From: a virus
Direction: 5' to 3' (one strand)
DNA: 64,000 bases
IMG/VR virus record: IMGVR_UViG_3300013005_000002
Coordinates: 15,791-79,790 of that record
Positions 37,685 through 47,955 of the stretch are shown piece after piece. The notes under the pieces were generated by a model. The model was given only the letters and a program-made list of their open reading frames with translations, was not told where the DNA came from and ran no database searches. How positions within the stretch are numbered: the stretch's first letter is position 1; every line of letters begins with the position of its first letter. A program made the translations under genes and the position numbers.

Positions 37685-38229
37685 TGGGAAAAGTAAAAGT
37701 TACTATAGATAAAAATAAAGAATATAAAGCTGTAGAAAAACAATCTACAAGTGAAATTATTTATTTAGAAAAACCAATAGAAACAATTATTGAAAAAATA
37801 GTTGAAGTTCCAGGCATATGTCAATGTAAGTGTGAAAAAGCTAAACCTGACACTAAGCTTAGAAATTACGCAAAAGCATTAAGAAAAGAAAATGATAAAA
37901 CACAAAGATTGTGTTCAATTCTTTTTGAAAAAGCTGATGAAACTATGCAAGGATTTGATGAAATGCATAAACAAATCCAAGAGCTTGAAAATAAAATTTT
38001 AAGTCAATCTAGTTTTTGTAAAGTACAAAATGAGGATATTCAACGTTTAAGTAAAGAACAAGATAAGTTGACTCATCATTTAGAATTAATTGATGAAGAT
38101 TTAAAAGTAAAGCCTGTTAGTATTAAAACTGAAAAAGTTATACACACGTTTGACCATAAGTTAGTTGTATTTAATATTTTAATGTTATTTTTAAATGTAG
38201 TATTTTTACTACAAATATTATCCAATTAA
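37684..38229 (+). CDS. coiled-coil protein with C-terminal TM
   Basis: start at MGKVKV via TAATG overlap; hydrophobic C-terminus. Confidence 0.6.
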   Translation: MGKVKVTIDKNKEYKAVEKQSTSEIIYLEKPIETIIEKIVEVPGICQCKCEKAKPDTKLRNYAKALRKENDKTQRLCSILFEKADETMQGFDEMHKQIQELENKILSQSSFCKVQNEDIQRLSKEQDKLTHHLELIDEDLKVKPVSIKTEKVIHTFDHKLVVFNILMLFLNVVFLLQILSN

Positions 38230-38240
38230 GGGGAGATAGA

Positions 38241-38642
38241 ATGAAAAAGGGAATGAGAGAGATGATGGAGGAAATGAATCCTTCTAAAAAGATGGGTAAA
38301 GAGGATATGTCCGCTAAAATGGACGTACTTAAAGAATTACTCCAAATGGCAGAATCTGAGCTTAAAGGCCGTTCTAAAATGGGACTTGATGGAGCCAAGG
38401 CTATGAAGGTTTCTGTAATGGCTAAAGATAAAGAAAGTCTTAAAGAAGGCTTAGAAAAAGCTGAAGACGTTCTTGAATCTGAAATGATGCCAGAAGAAAT
38501 GTCTGAAGAATCTGAAGATGAAATGTCTGATGAGTCTGAGGATGAAATGGAAGAAATGCCTAAAAAAATGATGGCTGATTCTTCTATGGTTGATGAAGAG
38601 GAAGAAGAGCCTAGTTTCTTTAAGAAAAAGAAAAAAGTTTAA
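38241..38642 (+). CDS. Met/Glu/Lys-rich low-complexity late protein
   Basis: ORF track; GGGAG RBS. Confidence 0.7.
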   Translation: MKKGMREMMEEMNPSKKMGKEDMSAKMDVLKELLQMAESELKGRSKMGLDGAKAMKVSVMAKDKESLKEGLEKAEDVLESEMMPEEMSEESEDEMSDESEDEMEEMPKKMMADSSMVDEEEEEPSFFKKKKKV

Positions 38643-38671
38643 TTCTTGTCTCTAAATATTAAGGAAGTAAA

Positions 38672-39622
38672 ATGAAGTTACCTTATTTCACTACAGATGA
38701 ATTAATTAAAGCGATTAAAAGAAACGTCACTGTACCTGTTTCACAAAAAACATTCCAGGACGAGGATTTTATTGCTTTTCTTAATGAGGAAATGTCTTTA
38801 GGACTTGTTCCTCAAATCATGAAAATGAAAGAAGACTATCTTCTTACTATTGTAAATATTCCTATCCAAGCAGGATTACGTGAGTATGAAATTCCTGCTA
38901 GAGCTGTAGGAAATAAACTAAAAGAACTAGCATATGTTGATGGAAACGGTAACATATGCGAAATGACTAAAGTTGATATTGGCGATCTTCCTTTTTGGAA
39001 TAATGAACAAAGAAATAACTCTGTTCCTTACGCATATTTTATTGCAAACAATGTAATAAATTTAATATCCACTTTTAATGTTGCTTCTGGATTTTTACAG
39101 TTTACTTATTATATGCGTCCTAACCAGTTAGTACTTTTAAAAGAAGTTGGTATTGTTCAAAGTATTGATACTATCACAGGTCAAGTCTTTTTGGATAAGA
39201 TTCCTACAGATTTTAATGTTAATAAACAGTACGATGTTGTTCAGCAAATATCTCCCCATAAATGCTTGACGATTGATTTAACAATTACTGGACTTAACAC
39301 TGTAAATAAATCTGTTACTTTTGCTACAGTTCCTAATGGTCTTAAAATTGGAGACCATTTAACTTTAGCTCAACAAAGTGCTATACCTCAAATACCTTCT
39401 GATATGCATCCTATCCTTGGTCATAGAGCTGGCCGCAGATGTGTGTCTTCTCAAGGTGACACTGAAGCAGTACAAGTAACTACTGGTATGGTAAATGAAT
39501 TTCAAGAAAACTCAATGAATATTATATCCGATAGAGTTGAAGATTCACCTAAGAAAATCGTAGGTAATCGCAATCTTATCCGTACAGGAATCTCTAGAAA
39601 ACGCTATAGATTTAGAGGTTAA
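38672..39622 (+). CDS. head-tail adaptor / tail tubular A-like protein
   Basis: size, position, FLNEE...EYEIPARA motifs. Confidence 0.6.
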   Translation: MKLPYFTTDELIKAIKRNVTVPVSQKTFQDEDFIAFLNEEMSLGLVPQIMKMKEDYLLTIVNIPIQAGLREYEIPARAVGNKLKELAYVDGNGNICEMTKVDIGDLPFWNNEQRNNSVPYAYFIANNVINLISTFNVASGFLQFTYYMRPNQLVLLKEVGIVQSIDTITGQVFLDKIPTDFNVNKQYDVVQQISPHKCLTIDLTITGLNTVNKSVTFATVPNGLKIGDHLTLAQQSAIPQIPSDMHPILGHRAGRRCVSSQGDTEAVQVTTGMVNEFQENSMNIISDRVEDSPKKIVGNRNLIRTGISRKRYRFRG

Positions 39623-39624
39623 TT

Positions 39625-42600
39625 ATGTCTTCACAAAATGTTGTACTTAAAGCCTCGGGCCTAAATACATTTCAAAATTATTTTAATGTTGCACCAGGAA
39701 CATTAATTGAAGCTCTTAATGTTAATATTGATAGAGATCAAATTATTGAGCCGCGCAGAGGCTATCCCCAATATGGAAATACTTTTGGTGGAGTAAATGA
39801 CCGCTGCAAACAACTATTATCCTATAAAAATACAGTATTAAGACACGTTCTTACTAAGCTACAATATGACAATGGTAATGGTCAGTTTTTAGACATCGCA
39901 GGATTAGTCAACGAAGTAAGTGAAGGTCTTAGGATTAAATCTATTGAACAAAATGGTAATCTTTATTTAACTACAAAAGATGGTATACAAAAAATATCTA
40001 TAGCTAATTCCACACAGTTTGGTACAGCTTCTGTTGTTCCTGCTGGCGGAGTTAAAGCTTTAAATTTAACAGCTAATGTTGACTATTCTACTAATGGATT
40101 TTTACTTCCTAAACATAAAGTAGCGTATAGATTAGTGTGGGGAATTACAGATCCAAATGACAATTTAATATTAGGTACACCTAGTAATAGGATTGTTCTT
40201 GAAAACGTCTCTGGATCTAGTGCTGTTGTAGAACTTAGTTTTCCTGTACCTAGTGATGTTACTAATATTAGTTATTTTTATCAAATATATAGAACTGCAA
40301 TTTTTGATAATAGTACTACGGAGATAGACCCTGGAGATGAGATGTATCTTGTCTTTGAGGAATTTGTTACTCCCGCTGAACTTATTTCAAAACAAGTTGG
40401 TCCTATTGTAGATATAACTCCAGAAGACATCAGGTCTGGTGGAGCTTTACTTTATACTAATCCCACAAGTGGTGAAGGTATTGAGCAAGCTAATGATAAG
40501 CCTCCTTTTGCTAGAGACATAGATAATTATAAAGGATATACGTTTTATTCTAATACATCTACAGTACAAAGATTAAATTTATCAGTATTGGCAATAGATG
40601 ATTTTGTAAGTGGTACTTCTAATATTACTATTACAAATGGAACTACTTCTAATACATATACGTTTAGAGGAACAAATGCTTCTGCAACATTAACTTTTAC
40701 TGGCAATAAAAATGATTATCATAATGCTTCCCCAGGAATAGCTAAATACTTCACTTTAAATTCTAGTTCTAATGAAAGAGAATATTTATTTTGGTTTAAT
40801 CATAATCCAACTCATGATTTAGAACCTAGTGTTACTGGTAAAATAAATATAGAGCTTGATGTTTCAGCAGCAAGTAATGTTGCTCAAATTCAAGCTATTG
40901 TTGATCAAGCTTTAGTAAATACTACCGATTTTAATGTAATTTCTTCTGTATCTACTTTAAATATTTCTTGGTCAAATAATGGATCTGTTGCTGCAAATGG
41001 TGGATATTTAGATACAGTAGGAACGTCGTTAAATATTAGCGCATTTGTAAATGGTACAGGAGAAAATTCGGCTAGTAACTTAATATTTTTACCTAGAGTT
41101 CCTGGGCTTGGTGAAGTGGGATTAACTCCATCACAACAGATTGAACAATTTGCGTTATCTTTAGTTAATGTTGTAAATTCAAAAGACACTTTAGTAAATG
41201 TTTACTATCTTTCTGGATTTAATGATGTTCCTGGACAATTACTTTTTGAAAATAGATTAGTTACTGGTCCCGCTTTTTACTTATACGCAAATTCTGTTGC
41301 CTCTGGATCAGAATTTAGTCCATCTTTACCAGCAACTAATACACAACTTGTAATATCAACAAATGAAGTAAGACCCAACAGATTATATTATTCTAAATTC
41401 CAACAACCTGATGCTGTACCTTTAGTTAATTTTCTAGATGTAGGCCCTAAAGATAAAGGTATTACTAGGATTGTTGCTTTAACTGATAGTTTATTTATTT
41501 TTAAAGAAGATGAAATTTATAGACTTTCCGGTGATAGTATTCCTTTTCAAGTTACCTCATTTGATAAATCTGTGTATTTAACTGCTCCAGATTCTGCTGC
41601 AGTTTTAAACAATCAGATATATGCTTTAACTACACAAGGTATTGTTGCAGTAACTGAAGGCGGAGTACAAGTAGTTTCCCGTCCTATTGAAAATTTAATT
41701 TTAGGAGTTCAGCGTTTTGGAAACAAATATCAAACTATATCTTTTGGCGTATCGTATGAGTCAGATAGAGCTTACCATATTTGGACTTTATCTAATCAAA
41801 ACGACACTGTAGCTACTCAATGCTTTAGATACAATACTTTCACTAGTTCTTGGACTAGATGGGATGTTTCAGCTACTTGTGGATTTGTAAATTTTACTGA
41901 CACTAAGATGTATCTTGGTGCAGGTGATGATAACATTATCCTTCAAGAAAGAAAAACTTTAACAAGGCTTGACCATGCCGATAGACAGTATGATTTAAAT
42001 TTATTATTAAATCAAGTTAATGAAAATGTGATTAAATTAAGTTCTATTGGTTTGTCCGATATTGGAGACAGAGTAATCCAAAAACAATATTTAACTATTG
42101 GCCAGTACAATAGATTACTTAAAATGATTGATAGAGATGTATTTATTAATCAATTTAGCACATCTAATTATTTCTCGACACTAGAAGCTTTACCTGGAAA
42201 TAATGTTAGATCTAAACTTGTACAGTTAGCTACAAAGTTAGATATAGATCCTCAAGTTAATTTTACTAATTATTTATCTTCAATAAATACAGTAACTTAT
42301 CCAATACTTTCTACAACTCATACTTTAAATCAAGTTGTTATTAATGTAACTGCCAATACTATTCCTGTAGGTAGATATATTAGTATTACTGGTTTAAATA
42401 CAGTCCCTGCTATATCAGGAGTTTATGAAGTTGTTGCTTCTAGTGCAACTAGCTTAACTATTAATGCTAAAATTAATACTAATGGTAACACTGGAACATT
42501 AATTACTGCAGACCAAGACTTTAGAGATGCACAAGCTTGTTTTAATATTATTACAAATAAAATGAATCTTGATGATGGTCTTTTCTTTTCTAATTATTTT

Positions 42601-43098
42601 CAATCTACAGGAAGCGTAGATGAAGAAGATGTTATTTTAGATTTTGATTCTGTAAACAATACATTAACACTTCAGTATTCTTTACCTTACTTCCAAGGTA
42701 CAATTACTCTTTATAAAGCAATTGAAACAGAAGTAGTATATTCTCCTCAGTTTTTTGGTGACCCTTCAATGACTAAGCAAGTTAGTGAAGGAACTATGAT
42801 GTTTGAAAATTCTAACTTTTCAAATGTAAGTTTATCTTATTCCTCGGATTTATCTCCTGCTTTTGAGACTATTGAGTTTGAAGGTCAGGGATTGGGAGAC
42901 TTTGGTCAATTTCCTTGGAGTAATCAAAACTGGGGTGGAATTGGCGCTGCTATTCCATTACGTACATACATACCTCGTCAAAAACAAAGATGTCGATTTT
43001 TAAATGTAATGTTTAAACATAAAGCAGCTTTTGAGAAATTTAGTATATACGGTATGAGCTTAAGCTTTAGAATTATAAGTAATCGTGGGTATAAATAA
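39625..43098 (+). CDS. tail stabilisation / tubular B-like beta-propeller protein
   Basis: N-terminal GLNT...A.NV.ID....I.PRRG; NRLYYSK..QPDAVP; LFIFKED. Confidence 0.7.
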   Translation: MSSQNVVLKASGLNTFQNYFNVAPGTLIEALNVNIDRDQIIEPRRGYPQYGNTFGGVNDRCKQLLSYKNTVLRHVLTKLQYDNGNGQFLDIAGLVNEVSEGLRIKSIEQNGNLYLTTKDGIQKISIANSTQFGTASVVPAGGVKALNLTANVDYSTNGFLLPKHKVAYRLVWGITDPNDNLILGTPSNRIVLENVSGSSAVVELSFPVPSDVTNISYFYQIYRTAIFDNSTTEIDPGDEMYLVFEEFVTPAELISKQVGPIVDITPEDIRSGGALLYTNPTSGEGIEQANDKPPFARDIDNYKGYTFYSNTSTVQRLNLSVLAIDDFVSGTSNITITNGTTSNTYTFRGTNASATLTFTGNKNDYHNASPGIAKYFTLNSSSNEREYLFWFNHNPTHDLEPSVTGKINIELDVSAASNVAQIQAIVDQALVNTTDFNVISSVSTLNISWSNNGSVAANGGYLDTVGTSLNISAFVNGTGENSASNLIFLPRVPGLGEVGLTPSQQIEQFALSLVNVVNSKDTLVNVYYLSGFNDVPGQLLFENRLVTGPAFYLYANSVASGSEFSPSLPATNTQLVISTNEVRPNRLYYSKFQQPDAVPLVNFLDVGPKDKGITRIVALTDSLFIFKEDEIYRLSGDSIPFQVTSFDKSVYLTAPDSAAVLNNQIYALTTQGIVAVTEGGVQVVSRPIENLILGVQRFGNKYQTISFGVSYESDRAYHIWTLSNQNDTVATQCFRYNTFTSSWTRWDVSATCGFVNFTDTKMYLGAGDDNIILQERKTLTRLDHADRQYDLNLLLNQVNENVIKLSSIGLSDIGDRVIQKQYLTIGQYNRLLKMIDRDVFINQFSTSNYFSTLEALPGNNVRSKLVQLATKLDIDPQVNFTNYLSSINTVTYPILSTTHTLNQVVINVTANTIPVGRYISITGLNTVPAISGVYEVVASSATSLTINAKINTNGNTGTLITADQDFRDAQACFNIITNKMNLDDGLFFSNYFQSTGSVDEEDVILDFDSVNNTLTLQYSLPYFQGTITLYKAIETEVVYSPQFFGDPSMTKQVSEGTMMFENSNFSNVSLSYSSDLSPAFETIEFEGQGLGDFGQFPWSNQNWGGIGAAIPLRTYIPRQKQRCRFLNVMFKHKAAFEKFSIYGMSLSFRIISNRGYK

Positions 43099-43508
43099 TG
43101 GCTAAAATTGAAATCCCCAGTAAGATTAGAGCTGAGAACTTTAAAGAAGATGAGCGTGGAGTAGCTTCTGGTATAGGGGCTATTTACAATCAATTTGTAG
43201 ATCAAATCTATTTTTTAGTTAATGGTGGTCTGGATTTTGAAAATCTTAATAGGCAATTAGTTACTGTTATAGTTACTATGGATAGTACTGGAAAAGTGGT
43301 AAATTCTCCAGCAGTACGCTATAGTCTAAGAACTAGGGTACAAGGTGTAAATTGCGTTAAAGCTGTGTGTTTATCTAGTAATACCCTTACGCCGTTAAGC
43401 CAACCGTTCATAACCTTTGGTTTAAACCTAAATACGCTCATTATAACGAATATAACGGGGTTACAGGCAGATACTCAGTATGAATTAACCCTGGAGTTGA
43501 TAGGTTAA
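43098..43508 (+). CDS. tail-associated protein
   Basis: TAATG-coupled; NGGLDFENL motif. Confidence 0.6.
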   Translation: MAKIEIPSKIRAENFKEDERGVASGIGAIYNQFVDQIYFLVNGGLDFENLNRQLVTVIVTMDSTGKVVNSPAVRYSLRTRVQGVNCVKAVCLSSNTLTPLSQPFITFGLNLNTLIITNITGLQADTQYELTLELIG

Positions 43509-43520
43509 ACCTGAGTTAAA

Positions 43521-43532
43521 TTAACAAGTTAG
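43521..43532 (+). promoter_or_regulatory. late motif TTAACAAGTTAG
   Basis: 18 nt before the ATG at 43551. Confidence 0.75.
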
Positions 43533-43550
43533 GATACAGGATACAACATA

Positions 43551-45323
43551 ATGGCTTTTATATCAAATCAACAGACTAATCCAAATGATCCTCAAGCTAA
43601 TCAGGCTCCGTCTGCTCAGCCGTCTGTTACTGCACCAAATCTTGCTCAAACCTCTAGTCCTGCTGCTAATACTCCACAACAAAAAGGTTCTGGACGTTTT
43701 ACTAATATCCAAAAATATATAAGTGCTAATCAAGGAGCAGGTGAAAGACTTGCTAGTGGTGTTGGTAAAAAAATTGAGTCTCAAATTAATCCACAAGCTA
43801 CTCAGGCTCAACAACAAGCTCAATCTGTTAGAGAAGGTATTCAGTCCGCTGAAAGTCAACTTCAACAAGGTCAGCAATTAAGGTCGCAAGCAGAACAACA
43901 AAATTTTGATGCTGCTGGATTTGTTGCTAATCAAGACAATTTAAATAAGTTTACACAATTTAGAACTGGTCAAGGAATTGATGAGAAAGCTTTACAACAA
44001 AGCGCAATTGCTAACCAACAAAATGCTCTAGCTGCACAACAAGCAGCTCAAGGCTTTGGTCAGCAATTAGGAACAGAGCAAGGTAGACAACAGTTACTGA
44101 AGCAAACATTTAGTCCTACTAAAAATTATAGTGCAGGACAGCAACGTTTGGATAATTTGTTTTTATCTCAAGCTAATCCTCAGCTTCAAGGTATCCAAGG
44201 TAATTTAAATACTACTAGTCAAAACTTAGGTACATTGATAAATGAAAATCAAGTTAAACAACAAAAGATTCAAGATTTAACTAACCAAGAACAAGAATTA
44301 TCTCAAGGTTTAAACAAAGCTATCCAAGATAGAGATGTAGAATTAGAGCAGCAATTAACTCAAAGAATTGGTGAAGTTAATGCTCAGCGTGATTTAGAGC
44401 GTAAAAAATATACAGATTTTACTGATTCATTGTTAAAATCAGGTCAGGGTCAGAAAATTGAAACTCCTTTAGATGAGAGTCTTATTTCTGAAGCAGGACT
44501 TAATTTAGGTCAGCAAACATTTAATGTATTTAAAAATCCAGCACTTGCTTCAAATGAATTATTAAACTTATCTACTAGACAAGCACAAGGAATTCAAGAC
44601 GTAGCACAACAATCTGATGTAGATAGATACAGAGCACTTGCCGCATTAGGTGGAATAGAGCCGAGTAAATTAACTCAAGCAGGACAATTAGAACGTGCTG
44701 CTGGATTTAGAACTGGTGAAGGTTCTATCCAAAATAGAATTCAAGATGCTAAAATGAAATTTTTAGAAGACGCAATTAAGCAGAATCTTGTTGGTTCTGG
44801 TGCACAAAATTGGAAGTCTAAAGATACATTTAGGGGTAAAAAAGGAACAGAAACTGCTTCTGCTACATTAAATTTGGCTGATGTTTTAGGTGGAGATTAT
44901 CAAACAGCTATAAATAATGCTTCTGCGTCTAAAGCTGGAACTTTAGCGCAACAATCTTTTCAAAATGATTTAGGTGATTTTTCAAATAATTTAGGAGCAA
45001 TTCCTATCGGAATTGCAAATGCTCCTGGGGCTTTTCTTGGTAGAACTCTTAGTGCTGTTGCCAACGCTCTTCCTGGAGTTTTTGGAGACCCTAATGCAGG
45101 AAAGCAATCTAGAGCCAGGACTGCTGCTCAATCTCAAGCAAATCAAGATGTTATGAATAAGTTAAATGCTTACTTGCAACAAGCAGGATTTGACCAGTAT
45201 TTAGGTAGCCAAGGTATTGCTTCTGGCACTACTAAACTAGAAGATTATGGATACGGTGCTACTACTGATAAAACTAATCAAGGTAGATTTAATATGTTAA
45301 AAAAGCTACCAAAGGTTGAATAG
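43551..45323 (+). CDS. Gln-rich internal virion (ejection) protein
   Basis: Q/A/G-rich helical composition; position after the tail genes. Confidence 0.6.
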   Translation: MAFISNQQTNPNDPQANQAPSAQPSVTAPNLAQTSSPAANTPQQKGSGRFTNIQKYISANQGAGERLASGVGKKIESQINPQATQAQQQAQSVREGIQSAESQLQQGQQLRSQAEQQNFDAAGFVANQDNLNKFTQFRTGQGIDEKALQQSAIANQQNALAAQQAAQGFGQQLGTEQGRQQLLKQTFSPTKNYSAGQQRLDNLFLSQANPQLQGIQGNLNTTSQNLGTLINENQVKQQKIQDLTNQEQELSQGLNKAIQDRDVELEQQLTQRIGEVNAQRDLERKKYTDFTDSLLKSGQGQKIETPLDESLISEAGLNLGQQTFNVFKNPALASNELLNLSTRQAQGIQDVAQQSDVDRYRALAALGGIEPSKLTQAGQLERAAGFRTGEGSIQNRIQDAKMKFLEDAIKQNLVGSGAQNWKSKDTFRGKKGTETASATLNLADVLGGDYQTAINNASASKAGTLAQQSFQNDLGDFSNNLGAIPIGIANAPGAFLGRTLSAVANALPGVFGDPNAGKQSRARTAAQSQANQDVMNKLNAYLQQAGFDQYLGSQGIASGTTKLEDYGYGATTDKTNQGRFNMLKKLPKVE

Positions 45324-45712
45324 TGAATTTAAAAAAATATAAACTCTCAGATTATTCAGAACTTACTCAATGGTGGAAAGCACACAATCATCCAGTAATG
45401 AATGAATCTGCTATACCGTCAGAAGGTATAATTGTTTCTGAAAATGGTCTTAATGTTTGTATGGGGTTTATATATTTAGCCAGTAACGCTAATCTTGCTC
45501 AGATTGCTTGGATAACTACAAATCCAGAAATATCTTTGAGAAAACGGTATAATGCTGTAAACTTATTTATGGATGGTTGTGTTAGTTATATCAATAGTTT
45601 AAATGTAAAAAATGTAATGTGCTTTACCGACAGTTATGCTATGGCTAAAATGTTTAATCGCAAAGGTTTTAGAGTTGGCAATTCACATAATCTTTGTATT
45701 GGGAGTTTTTAA
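45323..45712 (+). CDS. GNAT-fold protein of the podovirus ejection-protein cluster
   Basis: GFIYL...WITTNP...KMFNRKGF pattern; typical position. Confidence 0.6.
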   Translation: MNLKKYKLSDYSELTQWWKAHNHPVMNESAIPSEGIIVSENGLNVCMGFIYLASNANLAQIAWITTNPEISLRKRYNAVNLFMDGCVSYINSLNVKNVMCFTDSYAMAKMFNRKGFRVGNSHNLCIGSF

Positions 45713-46614
45713 TGGGTGCTGGAAATAGAGAAGCAAAAAAATCTAGGAATATTCTACGTGAAAACGTTGCTCAAGTTGATGCATTAAAACTGCCTGAACT
45801 TCAACAGCTTTATTTAGAGCAGTTACAGAGCGCAGGGAACTTGACTCCAGATATGGAGCAAGCTATTCTTCAACAAGCTTCTGCAATGGGAGAAATCTCA
45901 GTTGACCCTAGACTTAAGAGTCAACAAATGTCTGCTTTAGAGCAGCTTGCTGGTATTGCAGAAACTGGTATGTCTCCTGCAGACCAAGCAGCTTTTGAAC
46001 TAGCTAGACGTGGTGCTGCTCAAGAAGAACAAGCACGCCAAGGACAAATCTTGCAAGAAATGCAAGCCCGTGGTCAAGGTGGTTCTGGAATAGAATTAAT
46101 TTCTAGACTTAAATCTAATCAGTCTGCTGCTGATAGATTACAAGAAGCGCAGCTTCAACAAGCGCAAGCACAACAACAAGCTCGTATGCAAGCATTAGGT
46201 CAAGTGGGTAATTTATCTTCTCAAGTACGTGAACAAGATTTTGGTGAGCAAGCAAGAATTGCTCAAGCTACTGATATGATTAATCAATTTAATGCTCAAA
46301 ATCAACAAGGTGTGCAGTCGCGTAATGTTGGTTCTAAAAATCAAGCACAAATGGCTAATTTACAAAATCAACAGAATATTCTGAATCAGAATGTTGGATT
46401 ACGTAATCAGCAACAGCAATTTAATAAAGGTTTAAGTCAGCAACAGTTTCAAAATGAGATTACTAAACAGGGTTTAAAGAGTGGTGCTAATTTACAATTA
46501 GGTAGTAACTATGCTCAGTCTGCTGCCAATGCTGCTGCTATGGAAGGTCAATTACTTGGGGCTGCTATTGGTGCTGGAGCTACAGCATTCACTGGTGGAG
46601 CCAAAGGGGGCTAA
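45712..46614 (+). CDS. Gln-rich ejection/pilot protein
   Basis: start at MGAGNR via TAATG; Q/N-rich body and Gly/Ala C-terminus. Confidence 0.6.
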   Translation: MGAGNREAKKSRNILRENVAQVDALKLPELQQLYLEQLQSAGNLTPDMEQAILQQASAMGEISVDPRLKSQQMSALEQLAGIAETGMSPADQAAFELARRGAAQEEQARQGQILQEMQARGQGGSGIELISRLKSNQSAADRLQEAQLQQAQAQQQARMQALGQVGNLSSQVREQDFGEQARIAQATDMINQFNAQNQQGVQSRNVGSKNQAQMANLQNQQNILNQNVGLRNQQQQFNKGLSQQQFQNEITKQGLKSGANLQLGSNYAQSAANAAAMEGQLLGAAIGAGATAFTGGAKGG

Positions 46615-46616
46615 TT

Positions 46617-47954
46617 ATGCGTAAATTTGATTTACCAGAATTAGAAGATGAAGAAAAAAATCAATTTGAGACTAGTCTTTTAATGGATGAACTTGCTCGT
46701 CAACAAGCTCCTACTACAGACATTCCTGATATGTCTCAAGACATAGTTGAGCGTGAAGTTTCTGCTGCTGATGAAATTTCTAGTGAATCTCAAGATTTAC
46801 AAGATAAACAGCCAGACCAAAAACAACAATATGAACAAATGCTTTCTCAATTTTCTAAACTTAAACCTAAAGAACAATCAGCAGTTCAAGATGATTTAAA
46901 GGCTTTGCAAGAAGAATCAAGAAAAAAATCAAGTAATTTAAACTGGTTTAGACTTGGTGATAAAATTGCACAGGCATATGGTCAGCGTCATGGTGGTAAG
47001 GTTGCTGGATTTCAAGACATTTATGATAGTCTAGAAAAGCAAGCACAACAGCCTGTTCTGGATTATAAGAATTTACAAAAAAATGAATTAGATAAATTAG
47101 GACTTCAATTACAACAAGAACAAATTGACCCTAACTCTCCTCTAGCTAAGACTCAAAGAGATATAAATACTCAACTAGCTAAAGAAGCAGGTATTAACTT
47201 GCAAGATTATGGTGACATGAGTGCCAAATCTCAAGAACAGCAAATGCGTTCTTTGGCGTATATATTAGGTAATCGTAGACAAGCAGAGCAGTCTGAACTA
47301 AATCGATTACAACGAAATCAAGATATATTAATGCGGATGAATGAAGCAAGAGAAGCTCGTAAAGATAAAAAAGAAGCTCAAGATGTTGCTAAATTAGATA
47401 AAAAAGTAGAAACTATTTCTAAAAGAATAGAAACAGACCAAGTTATTCCTAAGAATAATGCTCTAGAAAACATTAATAGTTATTTAGACCGTAAATTTAA
47501 TGTTAATTTAAATTCTAATGAAAAAGATTTAAAAAAAGTAGATATTGAAGGTATCGGATTTTTAGGAGCTATGCGTCCTGACTTTCTTACTAATAAAGAA
47601 GATGTTGAATTTAGACAGCAAGTTTCATCTTTAGCTAATGCATTATTAAAATCACGTTCAGGTGCTGCAGTAACGGACCAAGAATATGGTAGATTTTTGA
47701 AAGAAGTAGGTTCTGGTAATTTTTCAACTGAATCAAACTTACTCTCTGGTCTAAAGAAAATGCAAAGAGATATTGAAGACCAAAATAAAAATATCGGTAA
47801 GATTTATGGTAAGGATGTTTTAGATGAGTATCAGTCTAGAACTGGTATTCAGTTAAAAACTGAGCCTACTCCTAGTCCAGAATCCGGAAGTGGGCTTACT
47901 CCAGAGCAAAGAAAAAAAAGAATACAAGAACTAAAAGCTAAGCAAGGTAAATAA
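46617..47954 (+). CDS. internal virion (ejection) protein
   Basis: RSGAAVTDQEY motif common in podovirus injection proteins; coiled coil. Confidence 0.6.
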   Translation: MRKFDLPELEDEEKNQFETSLLMDELARQQAPTTDIPDMSQDIVEREVSAADEISSESQDLQDKQPDQKQQYEQMLSQFSKLKPKEQSAVQDDLKALQEESRKKSSNLNWFRLGDKIAQAYGQRHGGKVAGFQDIYDSLEKQAQQPVLDYKNLQKNELDKLGLQLQQEQIDPNSPLAKTQRDINTQLAKEAGINLQDYGDMSAKSQEQQMRSLAYILGNRRQAEQSELNRLQRNQDILMRMNEAREARKDKKEAQDVAKLDKKVETISKRIETDQVIPKNNALENINSYLDRKFNVNLNSNEKDLKKVDIEGIGFLGAMRPDFLTNKEDVEFRQQVSSLANALLKSRSGAAVTDQEYGRFLKEVGSGNFSTESNLLSGLKKMQRDIEDQNKNIGKIYGKDVLDEYQSRTGIQLKTEPTPSPESGSGLTPEQRKKRIQELKAKQGK

Positions 47955-47955
47955 A

